A stretch of DNA of 64,000 nucleotides from a virus. Its lineage: Duplodnaviria > Caudoviricetes. Shown one piece after another: positions 38,115 to 46,458 of the stretch. Made by a program: the position numbers and the translations under genes. The notes under the pieces were generated by a model. That model searched no databases and was not told where the DNA came from. It saw only the letters and a program-made list of their open reading frames with translations. The stretch is from positions 1 to 64,000 of the IMG/VR virus record IMGVR_UViG_3300048672_000970; one strand, written 5' to 3'. Within the stretch, counting starts at the first letter, position 1. Each line of letters opens with the position of its first letter.

Positions 38115-38548
38115 TCTGTTTCTCCTTTCGGAAGTTCATTAAACATCGGATAAATTTGCTGAGGATTAAATTCTTCACTCAGGGTCATGTATTTATAATT
38201 CGGCTTTGCTACCTTATGACCAGTTCGATATAAATTCTCCATGAGAAGCATCGTGCTAAACAACGCCATTCGTTCATGCATTTCTTCCACACAGGATGAC
38301 AACTCAATTCCTTCACCAACCGCCAGAATTTCAAGCAGCATCATCAGTTGATGGCAGGAAGCTTCTGATAAAGCCGTTGGCTTGATTAAGAAATTGATGA
38401 AGAACGTTATTTCTTCATCAGTTCTGTTTTCCATCCAGTGCGAAATTGGATAATGCCCCTTAGCCATTAACTGCTTGGCAGCGTCAGAGACGAAAGGTAA
38501 AAATTCCGGATTGTCGATAACGCGATGTAAATCTAAGCCAAAGGACAT
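38111..38548 (-). CDS. Hypothetical protein
   Basis: 145-aa ORF with ATGA overlap. Confidence 0.6.
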   Translation of the reverse strand: MSFGLDLHRVIDNPEFLPFVSDAAKQLMAKGHYPISHWMENRTDEEITFFINFLIKPTALSEASCHQLMMLLEILAVGEGIELSSCVEEMHERMALFSTMLLMENLYRTGHKVAKPNYKYMTLSEEFNPQQIYPMFNELPKGETE

Positions 38549-38559
38549 TTTGATTCCTC

Positions 38560-38775
38560 TTAAGAGATGATAACCACTTTTTCTTCCATTCCTGAAAGTT
38601 TCCAGTGGGCGAACAATTGCTTCTGCGCGGCAGGATTCAACTGTTCAAAAGTCACGTATGGTGGATTGCCAGCCATCACCGCGTCAAGAATTCGCACTGG
38701 CATATCGCCATGCTCATTGAGCAAATTAGTCAGTTGAGCGATCAGTTCCGTCAACGTTGCAGCCGGCTTTTCCAT
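38560..38775 (-). CDS. Hypothetical protein
   Basis: 71 aa; LTNLLNEHGDMPV resembles a common small phage protein. Confidence 0.55.
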   Translation of the reverse strand: MEKPAATLTELIAQLTNLLNEHGDMPVRILDAVMAGNPPYVTFEQLNPAAQKQLFAHWKLSGMEEKVVIIS

Positions 38776-39068
38776 CAGGCAGCGTTTCGAGAAATCCAGC
38801 GAAGACCGTGGTGAATGGTCACAAGATCGTTATCACTCGGCATCACTGAAAATTGATGCTTCTTGTTCTTACAAACCGAACCTTGGGCGGTAATCGAGTA
38901 AGTCAGGCCATCGTCCAGTTGAATATAGACTGAGCCGATTTGCTGTTGACGCGGAGTTTGAATAACGTCCGCGCGAGGAAACTTGGTCTTAATTGCTTGC
39001 CAAGTCTTAGAACCAGTGATTGATTGAACGTATGAAGTCATATTTTCCTTTCGGTTAGGTTGTGCCAA
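38775..39068 (-). CDS. Hypothetical protein
   Basis: 97-aa ORF. Confidence 0.55.
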   Translation of the reverse strand: MAQPNRKENMTSYVQSITGSKTWQAIKTKFPRADVIQTPRQQQIGSVYIQLDDGLTYSITAQGSVCKNKKHQFSVMPSDNDLVTIHHGLRWISRNAA

Positions 39069-39125
39069 AATGGCTTAGAGAAGGGTGGGCAATCCACCCT
39101 GTAAGAATTTCTATTGTAACAGATT

Positions 39126-39767
39126 TTACTGCAAGTACGTCTTCGACGTTTGATATTCAAGTGCCGCTGCAATTTGGTGAACACCGGACGCTGAATTGCC
39201 ATCAATGACCGTATCCCAATGAGCACGAGTAAACCAGTCAATTTCACTTGAACTCATTGACACAATCCGCTTGGTATGCTCATCAATTTCGGCATAAAGG
39301 ACTTGCGCGATATCTTGCAAAGTTTCGTTATTAACTAACTTACCGAGCAGCGTGCCAACCGTCCGATTGACAATCCGCTCAATCCTCGCCTGAATATCAC
39401 AATAGACGAATACGGAGAAAACCTTGAAGCCAATTTCCTTCGCCTTTTCTTGCCAAGTGAGAAGTCCGTTCGGTTCAACAATGATAACGGGAATCAGATC
39501 CGTTTCAATGACAGAGCTTTTCTGAGCACCGTACAGATGTCCGTTAATTTCAAGTTTCTCCCATTCGACAAACATGTCATTTTTCACCAGAGACATGAAT
39601 TCATCTTCTGAGACGAAATGATAGTCAATACCGTTAATTTCGCCTTCTCGAATTGGTCGGGTGGTCGTCGTGATAATCCGTTGATACTGGCCCGTATCAA
39701 CCAATTCATCAATCAGGGTTGATTTCCCTGATGCAGTTCCACCCACAATTACAATCATCGTCCGCAT
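39126..39767 (-). CDS. gmk: Guanylate kinase-like NMP kinase
   Basis: GGTASGKST P-loop; TTTTRPIREGEINGIDYHFVSEDEF; YG. Confidence 0.88.
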   Translation of the reverse strand: MRTMIVIVGGTASGKSTLIDELVDTGQYQRIITTTTRPIREGEINGIDYHFVSEDEFMSLVKNDMFVEWEKLEINGHLYGAQKSSVIETDLIPVIIVEPNGLLTWQEKAKEIGFKVFSVFVYCDIQARIERIVNRTVGTLLGKLVNNETLQDIAQVLYAEIDEHTKRIVSMSSSEIDWFTRAHWDTVIDGNSASGVHQIAAALEYQTSKTYLQ

Positions 39768-39775
39768 ATTTCTCC

Positions 39776-40846
39776 TTATCGACCGAACCCAAATGCTGCC
39801 CGAGTTGGCTTCGCTTCCGCATGGTGTTCAGCATGGTTACCTACTGTAGACAGATTATATACCGAAAGTTCAGGAAGTTCCGGCAGGCCGAGAGCCGAAT
39901 TTACATTGACAGCTTCTGAACGAGTCAGATTACGGAAATTGATAACGTCGAAACACCGGCCTGGGCGAAGAAGTGCTGGGTCAACTTTGTTAATGGATGC
40001 GAGGTTGGTCGAGAAGATAATCTTCTTGTTAGACGACATAACACCATCTGCAATGTTCAGAAACTTGTGCAGAAGGTTATTCCCTCGTTCTCGGTCAACA
40101 CTTAGGAAAGTATCCGCGTCTTCCATGATGAGCATCCGTTGAGCAGTATTTTGCATGAAGTTAGCAAAGAATCCGTCACCGGACAGAATTCGATCATCGT
40201 AGGACAGCAGAGCATCCGCGCGAGAAATGCGGATAAGTTGCTTCAGAAAACTGGTCTTACCAGTACCGGGCGGGCCGATGAGGACTAGAACTGACGATTT
40301 GCTTTCCATGTACCGGCGCATGTATGCGTGCGGGTCTTCGGAAATGAACGGATAAGCTTCCGGGATAAATTCCCGATTGTCCAGTTCAATCGTAACTGAA
40401 TTTCCATTCTCAGCATAAACCCATTCAACAGCGGCGGGTGGATTGGTAAAAGCGTCTGATTCAAACCATTGCGCAACTGGTGCCAAAAATTGAGGATTGC
40501 CGGCATAAGAACAGAACAGACGACTATCAAGCCGGCCGGCGATAGTCAGAATAAACTGAGGGTGAATGACGTTAAAACGGAATCCGTTAGAACCCGCGTC
40601 ATTCGATACCACTTCTTCTTCAAAGATGCGGCAATCTTCCATTTTAACTGCACCATCATAACGTCCAATCAGCTCGGCGAAAAACACATCGACGTTAAAT
40701 TCACTTGGGCATGCGACTGACCGGGTGTATTGCCGCTTTGAAATGTAATGCTGAGTAAGATAATCATCAATACGGAACTTGATGATATCTAGCATGTTAT
40801 GAGTATGCGCGGAAATTTTCGATTCGATTGAAGGGTGAGTAATCAT
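39776..40846 (-). CDS. AAA+ ATPase
   Basis: GPPGTGKT Walker A, LIMEDAD Walker B, STN sensor 1, DPALLRPGR arginine finger. Confidence 0.9.
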   Translation of the reverse strand: MITHPSIESKISAHTHNMLDIIKFRIDDYLTQHYISKRQYTRSVACPSEFNVDVFFAELIGRYDGAVKMEDCRIFEEEVVSNDAGSNGFRFNVIHPQFILTIAGRLDSRLFCSYAGNPQFLAPVAQWFESDAFTNPPAAVEWVYAENGNSVTIELDNREFIPEAYPFISEDPHAYMRRYMESKSSVLVLIGPPGTGKTSFLKQLIRISRADALLSYDDRILSGDGFFANFMQNTAQRMLIMEDADTFLSVDRERGNNLLHKFLNIADGVMSSNKKIIFSTNLASINKVDPALLRPGRCFDVINFRNLTRSEAVNVNSALGLPELPELSVYNLSTVGNHAEHHAEAKPTRAAFGFGR

Positions 40847-40855
40847 GCAAGTCCT

Positions 40856-42634
40856 TTATTCAAGTTGAGAAGTGTAAATGGTTTGGAATTCATCCGCCCA
40901 ATCATTATTGGTTGACCACAGCTTTTTGATATTGCTATCAATGAAATAGGTGGTTGCCCAATCGTTAACGTGGCGTACCGACCGGCCGGCGCCTTGCACC
41001 AATTTTAGCAGCGTTTCAAGCTGATAGATGTGCGGGTACTGATCAAGAATTCGCTTCATGCGCGCGTCACCAAGGCTGCCATACGGCGCTTTAACGATGA
41101 TTTGATACCGTGACTGGTCATTAGGCAAATCGATGCCCTCAAAGCCGGCTGGCGTCAGCAGGATGGCAGACCCCTTGTATGCCTTGAAAGCTTTCAGCAC
41201 CTGATTCAGTTTTTTGCCCTGTTCATGTTGAAAGATTTGCGCATTGGTCTTCAATCCATTGGCAATCAAACTGTTCAGCTTGAAAGACGGCGTAAGAATA
41301 ATTCCCCGCTCTTTCTTCGCATGGTGGTGATTGACAATTTGATTGCTCAGGGAAACCAACTTTTTCCCTGTCTCCGGATTCTGTAATGATTGATAACTCA
41401 GTGGAATCGGATTGAGGAAAATAACTTTCTTGTTCTTCTTCGGAAAGACAGCCGGTGCTTTGATGAATTTCACCTTACCGGGAATCTTCATATAAGCCTT
41501 AACTAACGTTTCGTTAATCGTCGCGCTCATGATAAGCGTATAAGTCGAATTGACCATTTCACGATACATATCACCGATGAACAGCGGTTTGATAATGAGC
41601 TGATATGGCTGATTCGGGTCTTGGGCAGTTGGCTGCTTGAACTCATACGAGTGTTCATAAGTTTTTGAAACGAACTTGTCCGTTACGCCGACCAGATTGC
41701 CGAGCTTGCGCGAAAACTTGTTCAGCGTCTTGAACAGTTCTTTGTTCAGGACGAAATCCTTCATGTTGAGAATTCGCTCATTGACATCTGCGAGAAATGG
41801 CCGATAGACATCTTGAAGCATCAGGGAGAAAAACTCAACATAGTTTTCTTGCGTGATATCACCAGACGTAAAAATACCTTTCAGGTCTTTAACTAACTTA
41901 GCATACTTCGGATTCCCGAGTGCAAGCGTTGCTTCTTCAGCGAGTTTATCAAACAGTGTTTCTGACAGTTCTAACGTGACAAAATCAACGAACAGTGAAT
42001 TAGTCAGATGCCCTTCGTCAAATACTGCGAGGGTACGAGATTGCAGTGCGATTTCATCCGGCATGAAAAGTCGGTCAACGTAGTAATACGCATAATTTGT
42101 CACCAGATGGTGTGACTTTTCTTTTTTCTGACGAAGGAAATTGTATTGACAAAAGCGGCAATGCTCATTGAGCATTTCTTCATTGTTCGACCGAGTGAAA
42201 TCGGAGAAAACGCAATCTTCCGCAGTGGTTGGTTCACCCGTACTGGATAGTGCCGAGCAATTATAGTTCGATGCACCTTTCACCACCAGAAAGTTGAGGT
42301 CGCGTTCAGATTCAGCAAAATCGGTCGCATACTGATCGAGCAGGACGTTAGTTGCTGATAGCAGAAATGATGCTTGTTCGTGCTGGTCTGGGTGCAGAAT
42401 TGAATGGAGTGCTTCAGCAGTAACGACCGCTATCGTTGACTTACCTCGGCCAGTGGGTGCGGATAGGATGATGGTTTTGTTATCTTCATCCAGAAATGAG
42501 ACAAGAAGCTGATTGATAATTTCTTCTTGTCCGTCCCACGGCTCACGGCCGACCTTCTTGAACGCGGCTAAAATTTGTTCCTTGTATTTCATGCAGTCCT
42601 TTGGTGCAAAGTTGGAGATGCTGAATGATAGCAT
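40856..42634 (-). CDS. dinG: DinG/YoaA-family SF2 helicase with Fe-S-type cysteines
   Basis: GQEE Q-motif, APTGRGKS, four Cys (NYNC, EDC, HCRFC), DEGH, MSAT, EGIDLP, QGAGRSVR. Confidence 0.85.
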   Translation of the reverse strand: MLSFSISNFAPKDCMKYKEQILAAFKKVGREPWDGQEEIINQLLVSFLDEDNKTIILSAPTGRGKSTIAVVTAEALHSILHPDQHEQASFLLSATNVLLDQYATDFAESERDLNFLVVKGASNYNCSALSSTGEPTTAEDCVFSDFTRSNNEEMLNEHCRFCQYNFLRQKKEKSHHLVTNYAYYYVDRLFMPDEIALQSRTLAVFDEGHLTNSLFVDFVTLELSETLFDKLAEEATLALGNPKYAKLVKDLKGIFTSGDITQENYVEFFSLMLQDVYRPFLADVNERILNMKDFVLNKELFKTLNKFSRKLGNLVGVTDKFVSKTYEHSYEFKQPTAQDPNQPYQLIIKPLFIGDMYREMVNSTYTLIMSATINETLVKAYMKIPGKVKFIKAPAVFPKKNKKVIFLNPIPLSYQSLQNPETGKKLVSLSNQIVNHHHAKKERGIILTPSFKLNSLIANGLKTNAQIFQHEQGKKLNQVLKAFKAYKGSAILLTPAGFEGIDLPNDQSRYQIIVKAPYGSLGDARMKRILDQYPHIYQLETLLKLVQGAGRSVRHVNDWATTYFIDSNIKKLWSTNNDWADEFQTIYTSQLE

Positions 42635-42646
42635 CTTTTAACGAAC

Positions 42647-42670
42647 AATCCCCGCGTTTAGCGGGGATTT
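42647..42670. terminator. Hairpin between the small ORF and dinG
   Basis: AATCCCCGC-GTTTA-GCGGGGATT. Confidence 0.55.
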
Positions 42671-42675
42671 GTGTT

Positions 42676-42942
42676 TCATCGGTCTTCTGGTTCAACCCAC
42701 ATCTGTTCGGCAGAATAGGTTGCTTGCAGAATCTTTTGCAAATCCATCGTACCAAGCGACCGTTCAAATTCAGAAGACGGATAAGCAATCACCCGTGCAA
42801 CATTCTTGAATCGTTGCAGCTCTTTGTACAGTTGAAGAATATCTGCTTTAGCGTCTTCAAACGCGTACTGAATGGCTGCAGGGCTTTGAGTTACCATTGC
42901 CCGAGGGTCGCAGTTAGTCCATTGGTCAATAGTGCGTTGCAT
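42676..42942 (-). CDS. Hypothetical phage protein (88 aa)
   Basis: Start moved to ATG 42942 (MQRTIDQW...), 1 nt after the upstream stop. Confidence 0.6.
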   Translation of the reverse strand: MQRTIDQWTNCDPRAMVTQSPAAIQYAFEDAKADILQLYKELQRFKNVARVIAYPSSEFERSLGTMDLQKILQATYSAEQMWVEPEDR

Positions 42943-42943
42943 T

Positions 42944-43429
42944 TTAACGACCCCCGATAATGATTCGTGCCCGAGATTCCAGCCCGTAAAGCTGATGATG
43001 CTCTTGCTTTTGAGCATGCTTCGCCCGCGCCTTTGCCTCATCGGCAAATTCATACCGGCGAGCCGTTTGAAAAGTTTGAATGATCTTGCCAACGTCAGAC
43101 AGCACACTTGCACGCGTTGCCAGGATTTCTCCTTCCACGTCCACGTCAATCTTGCTGAAAGAGAAAATGGACGGCTGCGTGTGCTCCAGAGTTTCAACCA
43201 GCACATGATCCATGGCTTGTCGAATATTCTTCACCAGCACTTCATCCTTTTGGCCGGTGGCAAACTGTTCGCGCATCAGCTTTGCCAGCGCAGCATACGC
43301 CTTCGATGCTGCGGGCGTCAGCACGCCGGGGATCGGGAGATTCTTGCGATTCCACGCCTGTTGCTGGCGGGTCAGGAAAGGTTGTTGTGCGGCAATCTTC
43401 TGGCTCGGTTCAACGATGTGCTTTTGCAT
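42944..43429 (-). CDS. Hypothetical helical protein (161 aa) immediately downstream of the CRISPR array
   Basis: ATG 43429 preceded by AAGGAAG RBS. Confidence 0.7.
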   Translation of the reverse strand: MQKHIVEPSQKIAAQQPFLTRQQQAWNRKNLPIPGVLTPAASKAYAALAKLMREQFATGQKDEVLVKNIRQAMDHVLVETLEHTQPSIFSFSKIDVDVEGEILATRASVLSDVGKIIQTFQTARRYEFADEAKARAKHAQKQEHHQLYGLESRARIIIGGR

Positions 43430-43525
43430 GATGCTTCCTTTCAGGTGGTGTTGCGATGGAATGAATTTTAACGGATTTGACGAAAGAGACAATCAGAAAG
43501 TTGTATCAGGATGTAACCAGATTTT

Positions 43526-44164
43526 ATGTTAATCCGCACAAGTGGCGGCGAGGGACTCACGTAGCTTGAGCATCAAAGACGCGAGCCTTTTAAGCCGCAC
43601 GTATGGCGGCGAGGTCAGCAGAGTATCACCGCATTGCTGAAATCTGCTCTTTTAAGCCGCACGTATGGCGGCGAGGAACTCATCTAACCTGACGCTCATC
43701 GCAGGGCTTCTTTTAAGCCGCACGTATGGCGGCGAGGCTGCTCGGTTTGAGTGCTGATGCAAAAGCTGTTCTTTTAAGCCGCACGTATGGCGGCGAGGGG
43801 ATTTTCTCAGTCAGCGGCAGTCACATCAGTTCTTTTAAGCCGCACGTATGGCGGCGAGGTTTGCAATCCGGCCAGCGGAGTTGAGTGAGATACTTTTAAG
43901 CCGCACGTATGGCGGCGAGGCCAGTCGTTTTCAACGGCGGAAGATTCTTGATTCTTTTAAGCCGCACGTATGGCGGCGAGGATGCGGTCAACTGAAAATT
44001 CTTCTTTCTCAGTTCTTTTAAGCCGCACGTATGGCGGCGAGGGTTGTTTGACAGAATGACTGAATTAGTCGTCAACTTTTAAGCCGCACGTATGGCGGCG
44101 AGGCGCACTCGTGATAGTTCCTGCAGCGATTTCAGCCTTTTAAGCCGCACGTATGGCGGCGAGG
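43526..44164 (-). CRISPR. CRISPR array with type I-F-like repeat: 10 identical repeats, 1 degenerate trailer repeat, 10 spacers; no cas genes in the window
   Basis: Repeat CCTCGCCGCCATACGTGCGGCTTAAAAG (28 nt, minus strand); plus-strand starts at 43587, 43649, 43710, 43771, 43832, 43893, 43954, 44015, 44076, 44137; degenerate copy 43526-43553; unique spacers of 33 nt (one of 34). Confidence 0.97.
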
Positions 44165-44330
44165 TAGAGCTTTTCAGAAAAACATTAATTAAATCAATAA
44201 CTTACATCATTAACTTAAAGTAACCCTTTCTCAAAAGTTACCGTTTCTCACTGTCAAAAAGATGATATAAATCAATGACTTACCTCACTTTCTTCAAGTG
44301 ACTGAAAAATAAAGGGGGTCATTTGGCTGG
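44165..44330 (-). promoter_or_regulatory. Type I-F-style CRISPR leader
   Basis: AT-rich; two WATCAANNNNTTR IHF boxes (44192-44204, 44270-44282); inverted AACCCTTT (44222) and AAAGGGGGT (44311) motifs. Confidence 0.85.
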
Positions 44331-44339
44331 ACTATCTCC

Positions 44340-44753
44340 TTATCGGATGACTTCCAGCGAGAACGGAAGCGAGCGGAACCGCAACACTTTGCCCGCATCG
44401 GCCTCCGTCACGCCCACCGGGAAACGCTTCGACCGGCGACCCTTGATGGTCGGGTCATGCACCCACAGGCCGCCCTTTTGGCGCAGGGTCGCTTCAAATT
44501 CATAACCCTGCTTGGCAGCATCGCGTTCATTCCGGCGACGGATTTCCTCATTTCGAGCCTGATTTGCCCGTTCTTCCGCAGCAGCCCTTGCGGTACGGTG
44601 CTCTGCAAGAGCCTTTTCAGAACGGGCGTTAGACGCCGCCCATTCAGCGTACAGAGCTTGCGCTTCAGCACTTTGCGGGTGGAGCAGCTTAACACCATTC
44701 GGCAGAGTGGTGCATCCGAACATTTCATGATCAGCTTGGCGTGCGTCAGACAT
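44340..44753 (-). CDS. Hypothetical protein between the tRNA and the CRISPR leader
   Basis: 137-aa ORF with GGAG RBS; helical middle and basic beta-rich C-terminus. Confidence 0.65.
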   Translation of the reverse strand: MSDARQADHEMFGCTTLPNGVKLLHPQSAEAQALYAEWAASNARSEKALAEHRTARAAAEERANQARNEEIRRRNERDAAKQGYEFEATLRQKGGLWVHDPTIKGRRSKRFPVGVTEADAGKVLRFRSLPFSLEVIR

Positions 44754-44770
44754 TTTTTGCTCCGAGAAAT

Positions 44771-44846
44771 TGGTGGGTTGTGCCGGCTACGATCCGGCGA
44801 CCTACTGATTAAAAGTCAGTTGCTCTACCTACTGAGCTAACAACCC
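44771..44846 (-). tRNA. trnK: tRNA-Lys (anticodon UUU), CCA encoded
   Basis: GGGTTGT-TA-GCTC-AGTAGGTA-GAGC-A-ACTGA-CTTTTAA-TCAGT-AGGTC-GCCGG-ATCGTAG-CCGGC-ACAACCC-A-CCA folds as a 76-nt cloverleaf. Confidence 0.95.
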
Positions 44847-44863
44847 GTTGTGTTCAAGACTCT

Positions 44864-44891
44864 ATTATATACGATTTCAAAGCCGCGTCAA
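44864..44891 (-). promoter_or_regulatory. sigma70-type promoter upstream of tRNA-Lys
   Basis: TTGACG-16 nt-TATAAT. Confidence 0.7.
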
Positions 44892-45514
44892 ACAATTTCT
44901 GCTTCTTTCCGGCGAGCAAGTTCTTCCGCTGCGGCGCAGATGACGTTCAGCGGAGTCAGCTTGCCGAACAGATAGTAGAACGAACGCACGAACTGAGTGC
45001 CATGCGAATTGACAACCATGTGAGTGTTTGCGTACACACTCAGACCATTGAACAGTTCACCGAGATAAATGCCTCGGAGATACTGTTGCTGCCGCTGTTC
45101 GATGATTTCACTGAGCAGCTTTTCAACGCGCACCACCCGTTCAGGCTTTGCAGCCACTTCCGGCGCAACGATTTCAGTAGCCATCACTTCAGCCCGCAGG
45201 CCGACCAGTTCGTTGATCAGGTCGATTTCACGTTCAGCTTCCGGAAACATCTTCAGAACCGCTTCTGCATGACGGTCACGCCAGTGGTTCAGTTGATTCG
45301 GGATGTCGTAATAAACATCCGTTTGTTCTTGAGTACGAACATCATACGGAACGTTCAGAAAATGAGCATGAACCGCATCACGCACAGAATCATAGGCCCG
45401 TCCCAGCATGTCAGTAACACGCTTCTTGGCGGCCTTGCTGGAAAAACCATCAGCCATCATTTGCATGGCATTAGCGATGTTCTTTTCTGCGCGGGTGATG
45501 TATTGCGAGGTCAT
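44888..45514 (-). CDS. Hypothetical phage protein
   Basis: 208-aa ORF. Confidence 0.7.
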   Translation of the reverse strand: MTSQYITRAEKNIANAMQMMADGFSSKAAKKRVTDMLGRAYDSVRDAVHAHFLNVPYDVRTQEQTDVYYDIPNQLNHWRDRHAEAVLKMFPEAEREIDLINELVGLRAEVMATEIVAPEVAAKPERVVRVEKLLSEIIEQRQQQYLRGIYLGELFNGLSVYANTHMVVNSHGTQFVRSFYYLFGKLTPLNVICAAAEELARRKEAEIV

Positions 45515-45589
45515 GTCGTTGCTCAGTTCGGTTTCGATAGGTGTTATTGTAGCGAACTGAGCAACGGAGGCAAGCGGTGTTACACTTTG

Positions 45590-46042
45590 TTACGGAATCA
45601 CTTTGAAATATTGTAGGCGCCATTTTTGTGTGTTGGAATCAAAACAGATGGGACAAAATTGCTTAAGAGTGCCACACGAGCCTTTTATATTATCATCAGG
45701 TATAAACAATGTAATACCATCCCCATTAAACATTTTGCCTCCCTGGATTTCAACCTGAGTTAAAAGCGCATCAACTGCAGCTTCCACCGAAATAAACTTC
45801 AGCGCATCTTTTTGATTGTTGGTTAGTTCAGCCGAGAAACGGGCTGGATTAGAGGCATCGTCCCCTGTTTTAATGAATCCAGAATAAGTTAGGTAAGAAA
45901 ATTCGATAAGAGCCATAAAGTTTTCCTTCGCCAGAGTGACGCATCCCGGCATTAGCTTTTGTCCATTACCCGTGCACGATAAGGATAGAGATTTTACACC
46001 CCTACCTGAATATGTAACAAACGCGTTTTCGATTTTAGTCAC
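45590..46042 (-). CDS. Hypothetical protein
   Basis: 150 aa; ATGA overlap with the upstream gene; internal xxTYSG motif occurs twice. Confidence 0.55.
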   Translation of the reverse strand: MTKIENAFVTYSGRGVKSLSLSCTGNGQKLMPGCVTLAKENFMALIEFSYLTYSGFIKTGDDASNPARFSAELTNNQKDALKFISVEAAVDALLTQVEIQGGKMFNGDGITLFIPDDNIKGSCGTLKQFCPICFDSNTQKWRLQYFKVIP

Positions 46043-46458
46043 CCAAACACTTCATCATAGTCCACCGTCAGCCCATTAGCGCATACGATGTTACGTTCAA
46101 CGATGTGCCGAAATTCTTCATGACCTGCTAGAAGTCTATCACGGCATAGCTGGACGTTATCGGGCATGATGTCAATCCCGTAAATGGTTGATAGTGCTTG
46201 TTCCAGCGTAGAGCCGTTTTCCAGCTTCCTGATGAGGATTTCTGAAAGGAACTGCCCATCCCCGCAGGCGTTGTCAATAAACGTCTTAGAAGGGTCTTTG
46301 AAGACTTCTGGGTTGATATGGTCAAGCACTTCTTGAACGAGTGGAGTGGGGGTGAAAACTTCAGCAGTAGCTTTTACCCGATTTGCATCACGTTCGATAC
46401 CTGACATATATTCCCGGTTTCGGGCATGATTGATGATATGAGTTAGTTCAGGATTCAT
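46039..46458 (-). CDS. Half N6-adenine methyltransferase (SAM-binding motifs X, I, II, III only)
   Basis: AEVFTP, FIDNACGDGQF, IYGIDI, NIVCAN, then stop with no NPPY/F; start moved to MNPEL at 46458. Confidence 0.85.
   Translation of the reverse strand: MNPELTHIINHARNREYMSGIERDANRVKATAEVFTPTPLVQEVLDHINPEVFKDPSKTFIDNACGDGQFLSEILIRKLENGSTLEQALSTIYGIDIMPDNVQLCRDRLLAGHEEFRHIVERNIVCANGLTVDYDEVFG

Noticed and set aside
44043-44075. Spacer sharing TTGACAGAAT with the promoters at 62889 and 63397
   Set aside because: Only 10 nt match, which is expected by chance; not self-targeting.
42676-45514. GC-rich island around the CRISPR array
   Set aside because: Sampled lines are 50-60% GC, but dinG and other non-structural genes are similar; no sharp boundary can be supported without computation.
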